Shown here: positions 28,023 to 41,240 of the stretch, piece after piece | Layout of the letters: the number at the start of each line of letters is the position of its first letter | How positions within the stretch are numbered: the stretch's first letter is position 1 | DNA from: Octopus vulgaris | Taxonomy: Eukaryota | Assembly: GCA_951406725.2 (NCBI GenBank) | Contig: OX597815.1 | Coordinates: forward strand, 139,996,001 to 140,060,000 | Reading direction: 5' to 3' | Length of the DNA stretch: 64,000 nucleotides | The notes under the pieces: generated by a model | Told to the model about the DNA's origin: nothing | Database searches by the model: none | Seen by the model: the letters and a program-made list of their open reading frames with translations, nothing else | Made by a program: the position numbers and the translations under genes

Positions 28023-28025
<3 letters not shown>
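27553..28025. mobile_element. Mariner derivative made of two opposed 5' ends
   Basis: Plus strand gives CTKVEQRAIIRFLW..LPRRSVYEWIEKFKSG (mariner N-terminus). Minus strand gives TIR TACGAGGAAAAGTCAAAAATTAT at 28003-28025 leading into a second AGCAATGTGCAC..AGAACAA. Confidence 0.7.
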
Positions 28026-28103
<78 letters not shown>

Positions 28104-28129
28104 GGGGCGAGAGAGAGATACATACATGC

Positions 28130-28352
28130 ATAAGTGCGAACATGTGGTTAGTTAAAATAAATTTGCGATATATTTCAAATTATAAAGGTATGGGGAAAAT
28201 TTACTGTAAATGGCGTAAAACCCCATATGGTGGTTTTACACCTTTTACCATAAGGGACAATTTTTGTCTCCACGAGAACTGCAGTGAATTTACCTTTAGC
28301 AGTTGAAATATATCGCAAACATGTTTTAACTAACCTACAGTTCGCGTATGCC
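28130..28352. mobile_element. MITE with ~60-bp imperfect TIRs
   Basis: GCGAAC..GGTTAGTTAAAA..TTTGCGATATATTTCAA..TAAAGGT vs ACCTTTA..TTGAAATATATCGCAAA..TTTTAACTAACC..GTTCGC. Confidence 0.75.
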
Positions 28353-28396
28353 AAATCATTGCTTGGCGCTGATACTGTTGAGTGAGTGTGTGTGTG

Positions 28397-28448
<52 letters not shown>

Positions 28449-28475
28449 AGACGGAAGCAGTATTAACACCAAATG

Positions 28476-28888
28476 GTAATCTTTATATCCATCTTAACAT
28501 GGCAGTCTTGTTAGAACACCGAATACTGTATTATTAGTCTCGAGAGATCCTGTTATATAGGCACTTGGTGCATAAGAACATACACAGCTTATAGCAGACA
28601 AGAATCGTTGGCCATGAATGCCGGAATTCCTATATCACAAGATTTCATTCTACCGGAAATCATCAGTGTGTCACTTCACGCTAGTCAAATCTCACTGACA
28701 CGGCATATAGATATATAAATCACGTGATATGGGAATTCCGGCACCCATGACAGACGACACTGGTCTGCTACGATCTATGTGTGTGTTTTTCTGCACTAAG
28801 CGTCTATATAAGAGAATCTTTCAAGACTAATAACGCAGTGTTCGGTGTTCTAACTAGACATCCAATTTAAGTTGGATATAAAGATTAC
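28476..28888. repeat. ~410-bp imperfect palindrome (fold-back/MITE-like)
   Basis: GTAATCTTTATATCCA..GTTAGAACACCGAA..TATTAGTCT..TAGCAGAC..TGCCGGAATTCC.ATATCAC mirrored at 28720-28888. Confidence 0.85.
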
Positions 28889-29939
28889 ATCCAATATGGC
28901 TGGACAACAAGATGGCGTTCGACTCTGTCTCTCACTCATGGGTGGTAAACAGAATCATTAAACTTTGCAAAGTAACGGCTGCTATAATGAATGTGAATTA
29001 TTCTTCGATTGATTTCCTTTCAAAATTAAATACATGCATACACACACATACATACACGCATATGTATACACGGCTAAATACTTTGTGACACTCGCACAAA
29101 GACACACATTATACTTCACCCGGAAACACAATATTTTCTCAAAGGAGTGTAGTTGTTTCCTATACAAAATTATTATTAATGAAAATTGACGTAGAAATTG
29201 GGGGATCAGTAGTATTTCTTTGTTTAGTTGTGATTTATGACCTCACTTCTTTGTTATTAAATCTCATATTAGCAATTAACGTTTTTCACCTGCTGTTTGA
29301 TGAATGGTATGTTCTTATTATTGCAGGTTAGCTAACGAATAGCAGTTACTGAATGCATTGAGCGACAGAGATAGAAGCAGCATATCCTTTTGTCTGGATT
29401 GACAGATTTTCTTGCTGTGATAGTTCAATGAGATTTGTTGCAATTAATGTTCTGATGCTACCTAACAAGATAGAAACACGTATCCATAACTAACTGTCCT
29501 CATGTCTCCAGAAAAAAAAAAACGAAAGCAAAACCAAACAAAAAATATTTTCTTTGACTTGTTGTTTTGGAAAATTCTAGATTCGTAAGATTATATCAGC
29601 CTCTTATTGGGATTCGGCTGCTGGTGTCACCAAAGCGAAGATAATTTTAATAAATAAAGATTTTTATAATTTTTCATATAATTTCATTCGTATTTGTTGT
29701 CCAAATTTATGCCACTGACTCCTCTGTGATATTTCTCTTAGCTAGGTTCCCACCACCACACACACATCGATAGCTAGTTAGCTAGATAGGTTACTAGATA
29801 CATACATGCATACATACGTACATACATACATACATACATACATACATACATACATACATACATACATACATACATACATACATACAGTACATAGATATAT
29901 ATTCACACTCACATACCTATCTCCAATCAGTCGCTATGA

Positions 29940-30122
29940 ATGACCGCTAAATCCACAAGTTTTTTTTTTAATTCTCTCTCTGTTTATTTCCTCGTGTTCC
30001 TTTCTGCTGGAGAGCGTAGGCTCGAAACGTAAAAGACTTTCTCACCTTCTCGAGCGTTATACTAATACACCTGCTTGTTGTTTATACACCTGTCTTCATC
30101 TTTTGTTTTTCTTTAAACTTCA
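29940..30122 (+). repeat. pLTR-like dispersed repeat with hammerhead-like remnant; inverse homologue at 57568-57735
   Basis: GAGCGTAGGCTCGAAACGT(A/T)AAAGACTTT ... GAGCG.TATACTAATACA.CTG shared by both copies. Confidence 0.75.
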
Positions 30123-30234
30123 ACCACACACACACACAATACATACATACGTATGTATGTATGTATGTATGTATGTATGTATGTATGTATGTATGTATGT
30201 ATGTATTTTTTTATGTATGTATGCATACATACTT

Positions 30235-30525
30235 ACATAATAAAAACATCAATTCGGTGCGAACGTAATGGACCTGATATTGTTCGGTGTAAAACCATGC
30301 ACTGTTGTAGAGGTCAGTTGTCCCGCTGGTGTGAATGTACAATCAAAATTACAGGAAAAAGAGAACATTTATGGCAAATTAATGTGCAACTTACAGCTCT
30401 TTTTCCTTGACTATCAATTCTCATTTGTACCTATTATCATACGTGCATTAGGTTAGGTACCAACCAATTTGCACAAAAACCTAGAAATACTCGGTTTCAC
30501 GGAAAAAGAGCAAAAGAAATGACAC
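30235..30525 (+). mobile_element. RLE endonuclease fragment of a non-LTR retrotransposon
   Basis: NGPDIV / KPCTVVEVSCPAGVNVQSKLQEKENIYGKLMCNLQL..FVPIIIRALG; PD..E..K-type motif. Confidence 0.7.
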
Positions 30526-31540
30526 GGATTCTTTCAACGAAAAATCACACACACACAGTTTATGGATTAGAGACAGGTATTCTGTGTATAGAATACACTT
30601 CGATGTGCTCAAGAGATTTGAACTTGTGAGGTAGAGGAGTAAATGTAAGGACAAGCAAGTTAGACAACACACACATATATATATATATATATGTGTATGT
30701 GTGTGTGTTAAATAGCTACATTCTCTCTTCACCTAGGACCTACATGTCTGCTTTGTCCCGACGTTCTTTCAACATCTTACCTCTCAGAGCACACATTGAT
30801 CCGATTAACAAATGTTCTCACTGCATGTGAGCCTCATCAAACCCCCTTACATGGTCTTGAGGCCCAGTGAAAATCAGGGTCACCGTTCTCTAAGTTTGTC
30901 AATCATTTTTGAAAGTTCTGTTTGAGTTGACAGCAGACGTGGACAACCCCAGAATAACCTCAAATTCATATGTAATCGATCGCAATGACATTGGAATACA
31001 TAATTACTATTGATTTACCGTTAATATATGTTCAAAGAACATTGAAGTTCGTGGAATAATTGCTTAATGTCAATTGTATTATCGATTAGATGATTGCTCA
31101 AAGCATAATATTTATTATTCATCCTCACACATTAGACACTGACATATTTACATATGTTCATACGCACATGAATACGTATGTATGACTACATAAATATGTA
31201 TTTATGTGAATAAATACATACATTTACGTAGACGTATAAGCATATATTACATATATATATAGAAGCACACACGCATATATACGTATATATATACATACAC
31301 ACACACATATATATATATGTATACATACATACATACATATACACATACACACACACATATATATGTTTACTTAAATATGTCTGTAGAATACTCGCCTATA
31401 TCTTACTCTAATTCAACGACTAGGTCGTTCGGTCGAGAACGGACATCAGGACACTCATACATCCTTCAGGACAGGAGAGTTAATCTTACATATATATATA
31501 TTTACACACACACACACACACACACATACACACACACACA

Positions 31541-32020
31541 CATGGCCTAGTGTTTAGAGCAGTGGTTATCAACCAGGGTTCCGCCAGTACAGTCCAGGGG
31601 TTCCGCAAGAAGTTACAAAACTGCTAAAATCGGCAGTAATTTTTAATTCTCCTGTGCATATATGTATGCATAAGACTATTAAATTATTGCACAGGGGTTC
31701 CTCGAGCCAGTGGAATGCTTCCTTGGGGTTCCGCTCCAGCAAAAATGCTGAAAAGCTCTGGTTTAGAGTATTGCACTCACGATCGCTAGATCGTAATTTC
31801 AGTCCCTAGACCGGGTGGTACGTTGTGTTCTCGAGAAAAACACTTCATCACACGTTGCTCTGTGGTTACTTAGACATTTGACGTGTAGCTCACCGCGCAC
31901 CTGTTCAGATAACGTTGATTTGATGGAGATAGTGAGCTAATGTGCAGCGCGAACGTTTGATCACGGGAAACAAATCATTGGTGCAGGTCATTCGGCAAAC
32001 GATGAACGCTCATACGTCGT
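31541..32020 (+). mobile_element. SINE with family-C-like head, interrupted by a hAT MITE
   Basis: Removing 31560-31768 restores CATGGCCTAGTGTTTAGAGTATTGCACTCACGATC..GTTGTGTTCTCGAGAAAAACACTT. Confidence 0.65.
31560..31760. mobile_element. hAT MITE with perfect 8-bp TSD
   Basis: TIRs CAGTGGTTATCAAC / GCTGAAAAGCTCTG; TSD GTTTAGAG at 31552-31559 and 31761-31768; subterminal GGGGTTCC repeats. Confidence 0.9.
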
Positions 32021-32077
32021 CTTCGACGTGAGAGTCCGTCATCATCATCATCATCACCACCACCACCACCATCATCG

Positions 32078-32115
<38 letters not shown>

Positions 32116-32148
32116 TACATATATACATACACACACATATATAATATA

Positions 32149-32183
<35 letters not shown>

Positions 32184-32186
<3 letters not shown>

Positions 32187-32412
32187 CTTTACTACCCACA
32201 AGGGGCTAAACACAGAGGGGACAAACAAGGACAGACAAAGGAATTAAGTCGATTACATCGACCCCAGTGCATAACTGGTACTTAATTTATCGACCCCGAA
32301 AGGATGAAAGGCAAAGTCGACCTCGGCGGAATTTGAACTCGGAACGTAACGACAGACGAAATACGGCTACGCAGGTCGCCCGGCGTGCTAACGTTTCTGC
32401 CAGCTCGTCGCC
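32184..32412 (-). mobile_element. SINE family A
   Basis: Near-identical reverse complement of 3277-3507; flanked by (TA)n. Confidence 0.92.
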
Positions 32413-33015
32413 TTTATATATATATATATATATTGACACACATGTACCTACATAGATACATACATACGTATATATGTATGTAGCTATGCTTATCCGGTAC
32501 AGGACATCACAAAAACGTAAACAAACATGAAATACGAAAATAAAGTTGGGTACGCACCAAAACGAGAGAAACAAATGGAAAACAAAATAACATAAAAAAC
32601 GACCCTTCACCAGTTGTTGGCTCTCCTTCTACTCCTTATTTCGAGCAATATGTTTGCATACATACCGGCGAGAGACAGTCATGGACGGGCAAGCTACTTG
32701 TCCTTAAGCCGGAACTACTAATACATTGTCATCGTAAGGAATTACAAGGTCATAGGCCTGTGAATTGCAAAATTGCATTTAACTTACAAACTCTACATCG
32801 TGGCATGAAAAGTCGTACCGTTAAAATTGTAAATACTCTTACGAGTAAGTGAAGAATACAACCGTTCAATGAGCTTCAGAATGAGTACTGTACGAACGTC
32901 TCTCCTAAAATATATGACATCAACCAGCGAAAGTATCTCTTATGATGTTTGTTGTAAAACTACCGAATAGAAAATTACGTGGGAAATATATAAGAATTTG
33001 ATATTCCTTTCAACT

Positions 33016-33182
33016 ATAAGCACAAGGCCTGAAATTATGGGGGAGGAGGTAAGTCGATTACATCGACCCCAGTGTTTCACCGGTACTTACCTTGGCGGCA
33101 TTTGAACTCAGAACATGGAGACAGACGAAAATACTGCTAAGCATTTCGCCCGGCGTGCTAACGATTCTGCTAGCTCGCCGTC
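33016..33182 (-). mobile_element. SINE family A variant with internal deletion
   Basis: CATTTCGCCCGGCGTGCTAACGATTCTGCTAGCTCGCCG head in reverse; lacks the central domain. Confidence 0.8.
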
Positions 33183-33194
33183 TTTAAGAGTTTG

Positions 33195-33500
33195 TTATTT
33201 TGGATAGACTTTTTTGTTCATATGATTTTTTATCATGCCCAATGCTCCAATTATTAGTGGTGTTGTTTTCACCTTTATGCCCCACATATTGAATACTTCA
33301 ATTTGGAGACCTTTGTACCATGACATTTTCTCCACTTTGTTTTGAGCAAAATTTTGGTCAGAAGGGACTACAATGTCTATCAGTAAGCAGGTATTTTTTT
33401 CCCCCAATTCTTGATTATTATATCTGGGCAATTAATTTTGATTTCATTGTCAGTTTGAACAGACATATCCCAGATGATTGTGAACCGATCGTTGTCATGT
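33195..33500 (-). mobile_element. R4/Dong-like LINE, C-terminal RLE endonuclease fragment
   Basis: IWDMSVQTDNEIKINCPDII.. / CLLIDIVVPSDQN..KVEKMSWYKGLQIEV..MWG..PLIIGALGMI. Confidence 0.8.
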
Positions 33501-33997
33501 ACCTCGTTTGGCTCTATTATTTCTATTGAAAAGAATCTTTCCTGTTTGGTGATGATAATGAAGAAGCCAAGTTTACATTACTGTCCATATTATATTCAAA
33601 CATTTCTTCTCTAATTGATCGATATTGATCACTCAAAGATTGATGATGATATGTTTGACATTTGACATCAGCATGGAATATTTAGAACAACTGAATCGAT
33701 AGAATACCGAATAAACTACGGTTCGCTTCGTGCTCTTAGCACTCGCTCTCCTCAATTTTCAATCTAGCTATGATGCCTTGGTGCAGATATCTACTCAAAG
33801 GAGTGGGAACTATATTTTAGAGGCCAGCGGTGTATGTTTTCCAATAAGAAGCATTCCAGCGAAGAAAAAGTTGCATCAGAGAACATAACTTTTAGAGTTT
33901 GACATGTTTACTCTTCTTAGGCAAGGCATCTATCTTTAAATGTTTTGCAGACAACTTAGCTCTTTTACCTTTTATCTTTTTCTTTGTTCATGTATTT

Positions 33998-34200
33998 TTA
34001 ATTGTTTCAGTCGTTGGACTGCCGCCATGCTGGGGCACAGCCCTGAAGGGTTCAGTTGAACAAGCCGACTCCAGTACATATTTTAAAGCTTAGTACTTAT
34101 TCTCTAGGTCTCTTTGCCGAACGTCTAAGGTACGGAGACGTAAACAATTCAACACTGGTCGAAAAGCGTTGGTCAGGGACAAACACAGCACAAACACAAA
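33998..34200 (-). mobile_element. 3' half of SINE family B
   Basis: TTGTTTCAGTCGTTGGACTGCCGCCATGCTGGGGCAC.. matches the family B tail. Confidence 0.7.
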
Positions 34201-34350
34201 GGTACGCACCCTACCCATATATATAGTACTAATAGGCATCCGTCTGTCTCGAGAGGCCATGGATTTGTACGCGAAGAAACTGTGTCAGCTGGTGTCAGTG
34301 GTGCAGCGTTTGCTGCGGCTGTTGATGCCCACACGCATATATATATATAT

Positions 34351-34541
34351 TTCCAGAGCTGCTCTCTGCCTGACTTTATTACCTCCGATGTTATACCGTC
34401 TTTCCTTGGCGCCTTTCTGTTTTCCATCAAGCCGATGGCTCTTTCAACCTCACTGACAAGGATAGGTGGCACATTTTCTTCCTGTTGGAGTGGTGGTAAC
34501 GGCTGGACATTTCTGGTAGACTTAAAGAGCTTGGTTATCAC
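34351..34541 (-). mobile_element. Inverted 5' segment of the adjacent RTE LINE
   Basis: Minus strand VPPILVSEVERAIGLMENRKAPRKDGITSEVIKSGREQLWK, the RT domain-0 region that normally lies upstream of QAGF. Confidence 0.85.
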
Positions 34542-35709
34542 GTCATCTCGACGAACAACAACCGAGGGAACAAGCCGGCTTCCGGAAGAACTACAGTACG
34601 ATGGACCATATATTTACTCTAACACAACTGCTTGAGCGAGCTAATGAGTTCAAGCTGCCTCTTTGCGTTGCGTTTGTAGACTATGAGAAGACCTTCGATA
34701 GCGTGGAAACCTGACGCAGTGCTAAACTTGCTGCAGAGGCAAGAAGTCGAGGCGCAATATATGCAACTGCTCAGGGAGGCAAATTCCGGATGCACCGCCG
34801 ACATAGCTCTACTGTCATCACCCGTACGAGTGCCAGTCGAGAAGGGAGTGAAGCAAGGCGATACGATCTTCCCAAAACTTTTCACCGCATGTCTCGAACA
34901 GATCATCAGAGGCATTGACTGGCAAGGCGGTGTCAACATCAATGGCCAGCTCCTCACCCACCTCCGTTTCGATGACGACATCGTACTCATCACTGAAACC
35001 ACGGATCAGCTTCAGACCATGCTGACGGAGCACGACATCAAAAGCTCTGCAGACAACGTACCAACCGGTCGAATGGTGATCGGCAGTGATGAAATAGAGG
35101 AGGTAAAGGAATATGTCTACCTGGGACAGGAAGTGAATATGTGCCGAGATATCAAAAAGGAAATCTCAAGGAGAGTAAGGGCCGGATGGAAGGCGTTTAA
35201 TGGCATAAGGGATGTGCTCAAGGGAAGGTTGGACAGGACCACCCGCGCCAACCTCATCAACAGTACAGTTCTACCTGCAATGTTATATGGTAGTGAAACA
35301 TGGGCTACCACAAAGGGAGAAGAGCAGAGATTGGTAACGGCTCAAAGAGCCGTAGAGAGTTCAGTGCTTGGTATCTCGTTGAGAGAGCACATCAGTAGCG
35401 AGATCATCAGAAAGAAGTCCGGCGTGAGGGATGTCATCGCAGAGTATACACGCAACAAGTTTAGATGGGCTGGACACGTCGCCTGGCTCACCAATAATCG
35501 GTGGACCCGCGCAGTTGTCGAGTGGTACCCGCGCGAGCGGAAACGCCCACCCGGAAGGCCTCCACGACGGTGGAGTTACGATTTCAGGAGGACGATTGGG
35601 ATCACGTGGATGAGAAAGGCGCGATCCAGAGAGGAGTGGACAGCGTGCTGTGACCAGCGGTGTCAAATGGACGCCTGACGGACTGGTCGATGAAGGTGAT
35701 CAAGGTGAT
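34542..35709 (+). mobile_element. 5'-truncated RTE-clade LINE reverse transcriptase (frameshift near 34708) with 3' end
   Basis: LDEQQPREQAGFRKNYSTMDHIF..FVDYEKTFDSV / KGVKQGDTIFPKLF / HLRFDDDIVL / YVYLG / LYGSETW / RWAGHV / RPPGRPPRRW; tail (AAGGTGAT)x2 then (TA)n. Confidence 0.95.
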
Positions 35710-35747
35710 ATATATATATATATATATATATTCGCCATGTTGATTTG

Positions 35748-35843
<96 letters not shown>

Positions 35844-35872
35844 ACATACATACATACATACATACATACATA

Positions 35873-36094
35873 CACGATAGGGTGCTGAAAACTCCGTGGC
35901 TTTTGATAAAAGAAAATATTGAAGGATCAGTTAATTGTGCTTTAGGTTAACATATTCCCCTCTCAGATTCATACACTTATTGCAGTGGTCCTTCAGTTTT
36001 TCGAAGCTCAGAAAAAGAACTCGGAAAGTTGGGCCTCCAGCCAGGACTTTCGCAATACTCTTAAAGCCAGGAACCTTTCAACCCCCCCACGTGT
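35873..36094. mobile_element. Mariner-type MITE (same family as 61723-61944)
   Basis: GGGTGCTGAAA.. / ..GGAACCTTTCAACCCCCC TIRs; shared internal GGATCAGTTAATT..CTCAGATTC..ACACTTATTG. Confidence 0.75.
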
Positions 36095-36103
36095 CTCCCC
36101 CCC

Positions 36104-36148
<45 letters not shown>

Positions 36149-36149
36149 C

Positions 36150-36312
36150 TCGGGGGCGTCTTTCAGTTTCCGTCCACTAAATCTACTCACAAAACGTTGG
36201 TCGGCTCGAGGGCTGCAGTAGAAGACACTTGCCTAAGCTGCTGCGCTGTAGACTGAACTTAAGACAATATGTTTTTGACGCAAGCGCTTTACCCACAAAC
36301 TACACCTACGAC
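36150..36312 (-). mobile_element. 5' half of SINE family B
   Basis: TCTTTCAGTTTCCGTCCACTAAAT..GTAGAAGACACTTGCC..GACTGAAC. Confidence 0.75.
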
Positions 36313-36810
36313 TATGTACATATTATGTATGTATTACTACATTATGCATACATTAAGCACTGTTCTTCTGCATAATACTAGCAAGGTGAAAAAGAAAATA
36401 TTGATATCGAGATATCTTAGCATTTCTTTAATAACATTTCTAGACTTTGTCACATTGTCATAAGTCACACTTTCACTCTTACGCATTTGCGCACCCAAAA
36501 ACAAATGCTTACTAACAATTGCATTGTATCTAAGCACCTAGAGGCAATATTAAAATATACACCCCTCCCCGCATAAAACATTCATGTATGTACATACTCT
36601 CACACACATATACTTCTAAGACATATAAACATATACACGAATGCACACGCACACACACATACTCACACACACATACACACACACACACACACGCACACAC
36701 ATACATACACATAGAGAGGAGGTGGGTTGGGAGAGCGGAAAAGAAAAACAACGGAATAATATAGAATAGACAGATAATTATAGATAAATAGATAGACAGA
36801 CAGGCAGATG

Positions 36811-36868
<58 letters not shown>

Positions 36869-36902
36869 GACATAGATAGATAGACAGATAATTAGAAAGT
36901 TT

Positions 36903-36968
<66 letters not shown>

Positions 36969-38138
36969 TAGATTGACAGATAAATGGATGAATGGATAGA
37001 CAGACACAGACAGACAGACACACACACAGACAGACAGACAGATAGATTGGTAGACAGATAGTTAGACAGATAAAAACATAGATAGACACAAACCGGCAGA
37101 TAGGCAGACAAACAATAACTAGAGTGTTACATAGATACATAGATAGTTAGAAAGAAAGAAAGACAGATAGATAGATGGATAGATGAATGGATGGATGGAT
37201 AGACAGACAGACTAATACATAGCTAGCTGGATAGATTAGTACATACATAGTTGTAGAAATAGTAACAACGTTAAAATAGAGAGACAGATACAGAGAAGAT
37301 AAATCTCTAATGCATTGTAGAACACACACCTGTTAGGAATAGTCTAAGTTAATTGTGTAATATATAACTTAGCTCCCGGGTCATATTCAAACTGGCAGTA
37401 TGGGTGATACAGCACATGAAACATCTCACTAGGCAATCATGTTAAAATATAATCCTTTAATCAAGCTGTCACTTTAACCAATAGTAGTTTAGAATAAATT
37501 TCCTAGTGGAGCATAATGTTATTGCAATTTTTGGCAGTAGTCCAAAAACAGAGGACTTGAACGTGATCGATTTGAAAATAATTGTATTCCCCTGCAGATA
37601 GCCAGGATGAAGTTTTGGCACAGGTGATGAAAAACAAAAACGCTAAAAGTATTATAAAAAATAAAAAAAATATATAAAAAAAGTTTAAGTAAACGCGAAA
37701 TTTGGATATCAACCTTTTGAGTTGTGAAATTATTAGACAGTTTTCGAAAGCGGAGCAAGATAGAGAACTATTGGTGTGTGTCGTTACAGTTTGGTGCTCT
37801 GCACTAACAAATATGATAGCTGCGGGAGAGCTATTCCACTCTATAGCGTCAGAATTAGTTTATCGTTATTGGTATTTCATAGAGTCTTTACGAATGAATT
37901 GCAGACAGTTCTAAGGAGGTGGTGGAGGTAGTGGTGTGGATAGTTTGGAATGGAAGAATTTGTGAGTTTATCTTCTATTTTTTTTTCTTTCTTATCGAAT
38001 AGACTTTTAAAGATTTTGCTTAAATAAGTACATGAAAATGATATCTAGACACAAAAATGGACAACACTGTTTCGTATACATACGTACGTACATACATACA
38101 TATGGTTATATGCACATAGACACATATATGCACTCATA

Positions 38139-38182
<44 letters not shown>

Positions 38183-38202
38183 ATATATAAATATGTGCAT
38201 AT

Positions 38203-38242
<40 letters not shown>

Positions 38243-38248
<6 letters not shown>

Positions 38249-38710
38249 TATATAGAAGGAGCTTCTACAGGACTAGTACTGTTTCATTCAAGAGAAATCT
38301 TCAGGAAGCTATTTAACAAGAATTGTATTAGCATTTATACATTTAGGCAGGTTTAAAGGAGTGGTGGTGGGGGACTTTTTTGGGGGTAGGCATAGCGCAA
38401 AATATCATACTTGGGGGAGTGGTCAAGGAGTCAGTGGTAAGTTAGATGAAAGAATAGATAAATAAAAAAATAAATAAATAAAAAATAAAAAAATAAAAAA
38501 ATAAAAAAATAAAATAAAAAAATAAAAAAATAAAAAATATAAAAAATATATATAAAAAAATATATATATAAAATATATATATAAAAAAATATATATATAT
38601 AAAAAAAGGGGGATAGAGTTATAGGTAAATAAGGAGATTCTCACTTATACCTATACACACATGTATACGTATCTACACACACATACATACATACACATAT
38701 ATATACACAC

Positions 38711-38756
<46 letters not shown>

Positions 38757-40156
38757 CATATGTACACACATACATACATATCTACATACACACATACATA
38801 CACCCGCCCACATATACAAATTTATACACATGCACATGCCTATACCTGTCTACACATACACACACGTATATATGCATACACTCACTCCCATGCATGCACG
38901 CATACACACATGTATATATATATATATATATATACCCACGACCACACATACATATATACACATAAAAATATATATTCATACGCACATACACTCATGCACA
39001 CACAACACACCTAGTTCCCTATATACACATATTTACACCTATATATACATACACCTATGTACACATATATATATATATAAACATATACACGCATACATAT
39101 ATATACATGTGTGCACATACATACATACACACATATATACATACACATACACATACTCATGTGTACCTATACATACCTACACATACACACATACATACAT
39201 ACAAATATACATATACATATATATATATACAATCCAATACAGGCCCATTCCCTAATTTTAATTTTATTATCTTCATTTATTACTTTTGTTATCTTTGATC
39301 GCTAGGGCTAAGAATCCTGGCAATGGCTGCATGTCCATTTGTCTGTCTACTAGAAGGCAAGTACTCATTCCCGCACGCACACTCATTAGCACGTACATTC
39401 ACCCATTCGTACACTCATACACATACACGTACGCACGCGTTATATTCATACATACAAACATCTACATACGTTCACGTATATACACATACTTACTCGTACC
39501 TACAGATTCGTGTCTACACTTTAGGAGGCTAGTCTATACATATACACCAATAAATATATATATATATATATATACCCGCATATACATACACACACACACA
39601 TATATACTCCTACATACAGATACATACCTATATATATATATATATATACACATACATACACATACACACATACATATACACACACATACATACACATATA
39701 TATACATACACAAACATATATACACACATATATATATACATACACACATACACACATACATACGTATACATACATACATACATACATCCATACATCCATA
39801 CTTACATGCATTTATACGCATACACACACCCATCTATATATATGTATATATATATATATATATATATACACACTCACACATACATATACAAATCTACGCA
39901 CACACATACATACATACACGTATACGCATACACGCACATACACATATACATGCGTACCCATACACGTGCACACACGCACGCGCATCCATATATATACACA
40001 CTCACACATATATATACACGTGTGCAAGCATACATACATACTCATACGCGCACACATACTTACAAACACATATATGCACACACTTACACACATATATATA
40101 CATACACATATACATGCATACATACATATATGCATACATACACACACGCACTCATA

Positions 40157-40190
<34 letters not shown>

Positions 40191-40261
40191 CATATATATA
40201 TACATATATAGATATATATACACATACATACACATACACATACATACACACATATACACAC

Positions 40262-40296
<35 letters not shown>

Positions 40297-40802
40297 TACA
40301 TATATACACATATACATACATATACATACACACACACATACATATATACATATACACTGATACACATACCCATACATACACATGCATATACTTATATCAC
40401 TACATACTCACATATATAAACATATACACATATACACACATACATATATACATGTACATACACATACGTATGCATATATATATATACATATATATACACA
40501 TATATATATATATACATATATACACACACACACACACATACATATACACATATACATGTATACATACGCAAAAAAGATACACATATATACACATACACAC
40601 ACACAGACAGATGCATATACATACATATATATATATAAACTACATATCTATATAAATACATACATAATACACATATACACACACATATATATACATTCAT
40701 GCATATACATATACAAGTATACATACACATACATACACACACACGCGCACACATACATATACACACACACATATACAAATACATACATACACACATACAC
40801 AT

Positions 40803-40843
<41 letters not shown>

Positions 40844-40928
40844 CATGTACACATACACATATGTATATATATATCAACAAGGGAGGGTAAAGTTAATTAG
40901 TTATTAATCAATTTCATCAAGTGTTCAG
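38243..40928 (-). repeat. Left inverted arm (3' UTR/pLTR in ORF sense)
   Basis: Reverse complement of 42509-45203, including unique islands such as GATCGCTAGGGCTAAGAATCCTGGCAATGGCTGCATG; mirrored ORFs in the track. Confidence 0.97.
38260..38310 (-). ncRNA. Type I hammerhead ribozyme motif (copy in ORF sense)
   Basis: Minus strand agcttc-CTGAAGA-tttctcttgaat-GAAA-cag(tactagtc)ctg-TA-gaagct. Confidence 0.75.
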
Positions 40929-41208
40929 TATGTAAAGGGACCATTATTATTTTGAGTAAACAATGTTAGAGGGAAAAAAATTCTCTAAGTAGTGGAAGAG
41001 GCTAAAAAACTTTATTGGCTGCTATTTCTAGAAAGTTTAGTATGTGGCAAAGTAATTTATTTTATTTTCCTAAGCCCTAATTATATAATATTTTATACAT
41101 ACATACACATACATAAGCACATACATTTACACATACATATGCATATACATATATACACATATACATACAAACACATATACACATATACACACACACACAC
41201 ATACAAGC

Positions 41209-41240
<32 letters not shown>

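Noticed and set aside
40885-40930. CTGAACA..GAAA at the inversion junction as another hammerhead or SECIS
   Set aside because: C3 with C8 cannot pair, no stem II or stem I support, and no 3' GA for a SECIS quartet
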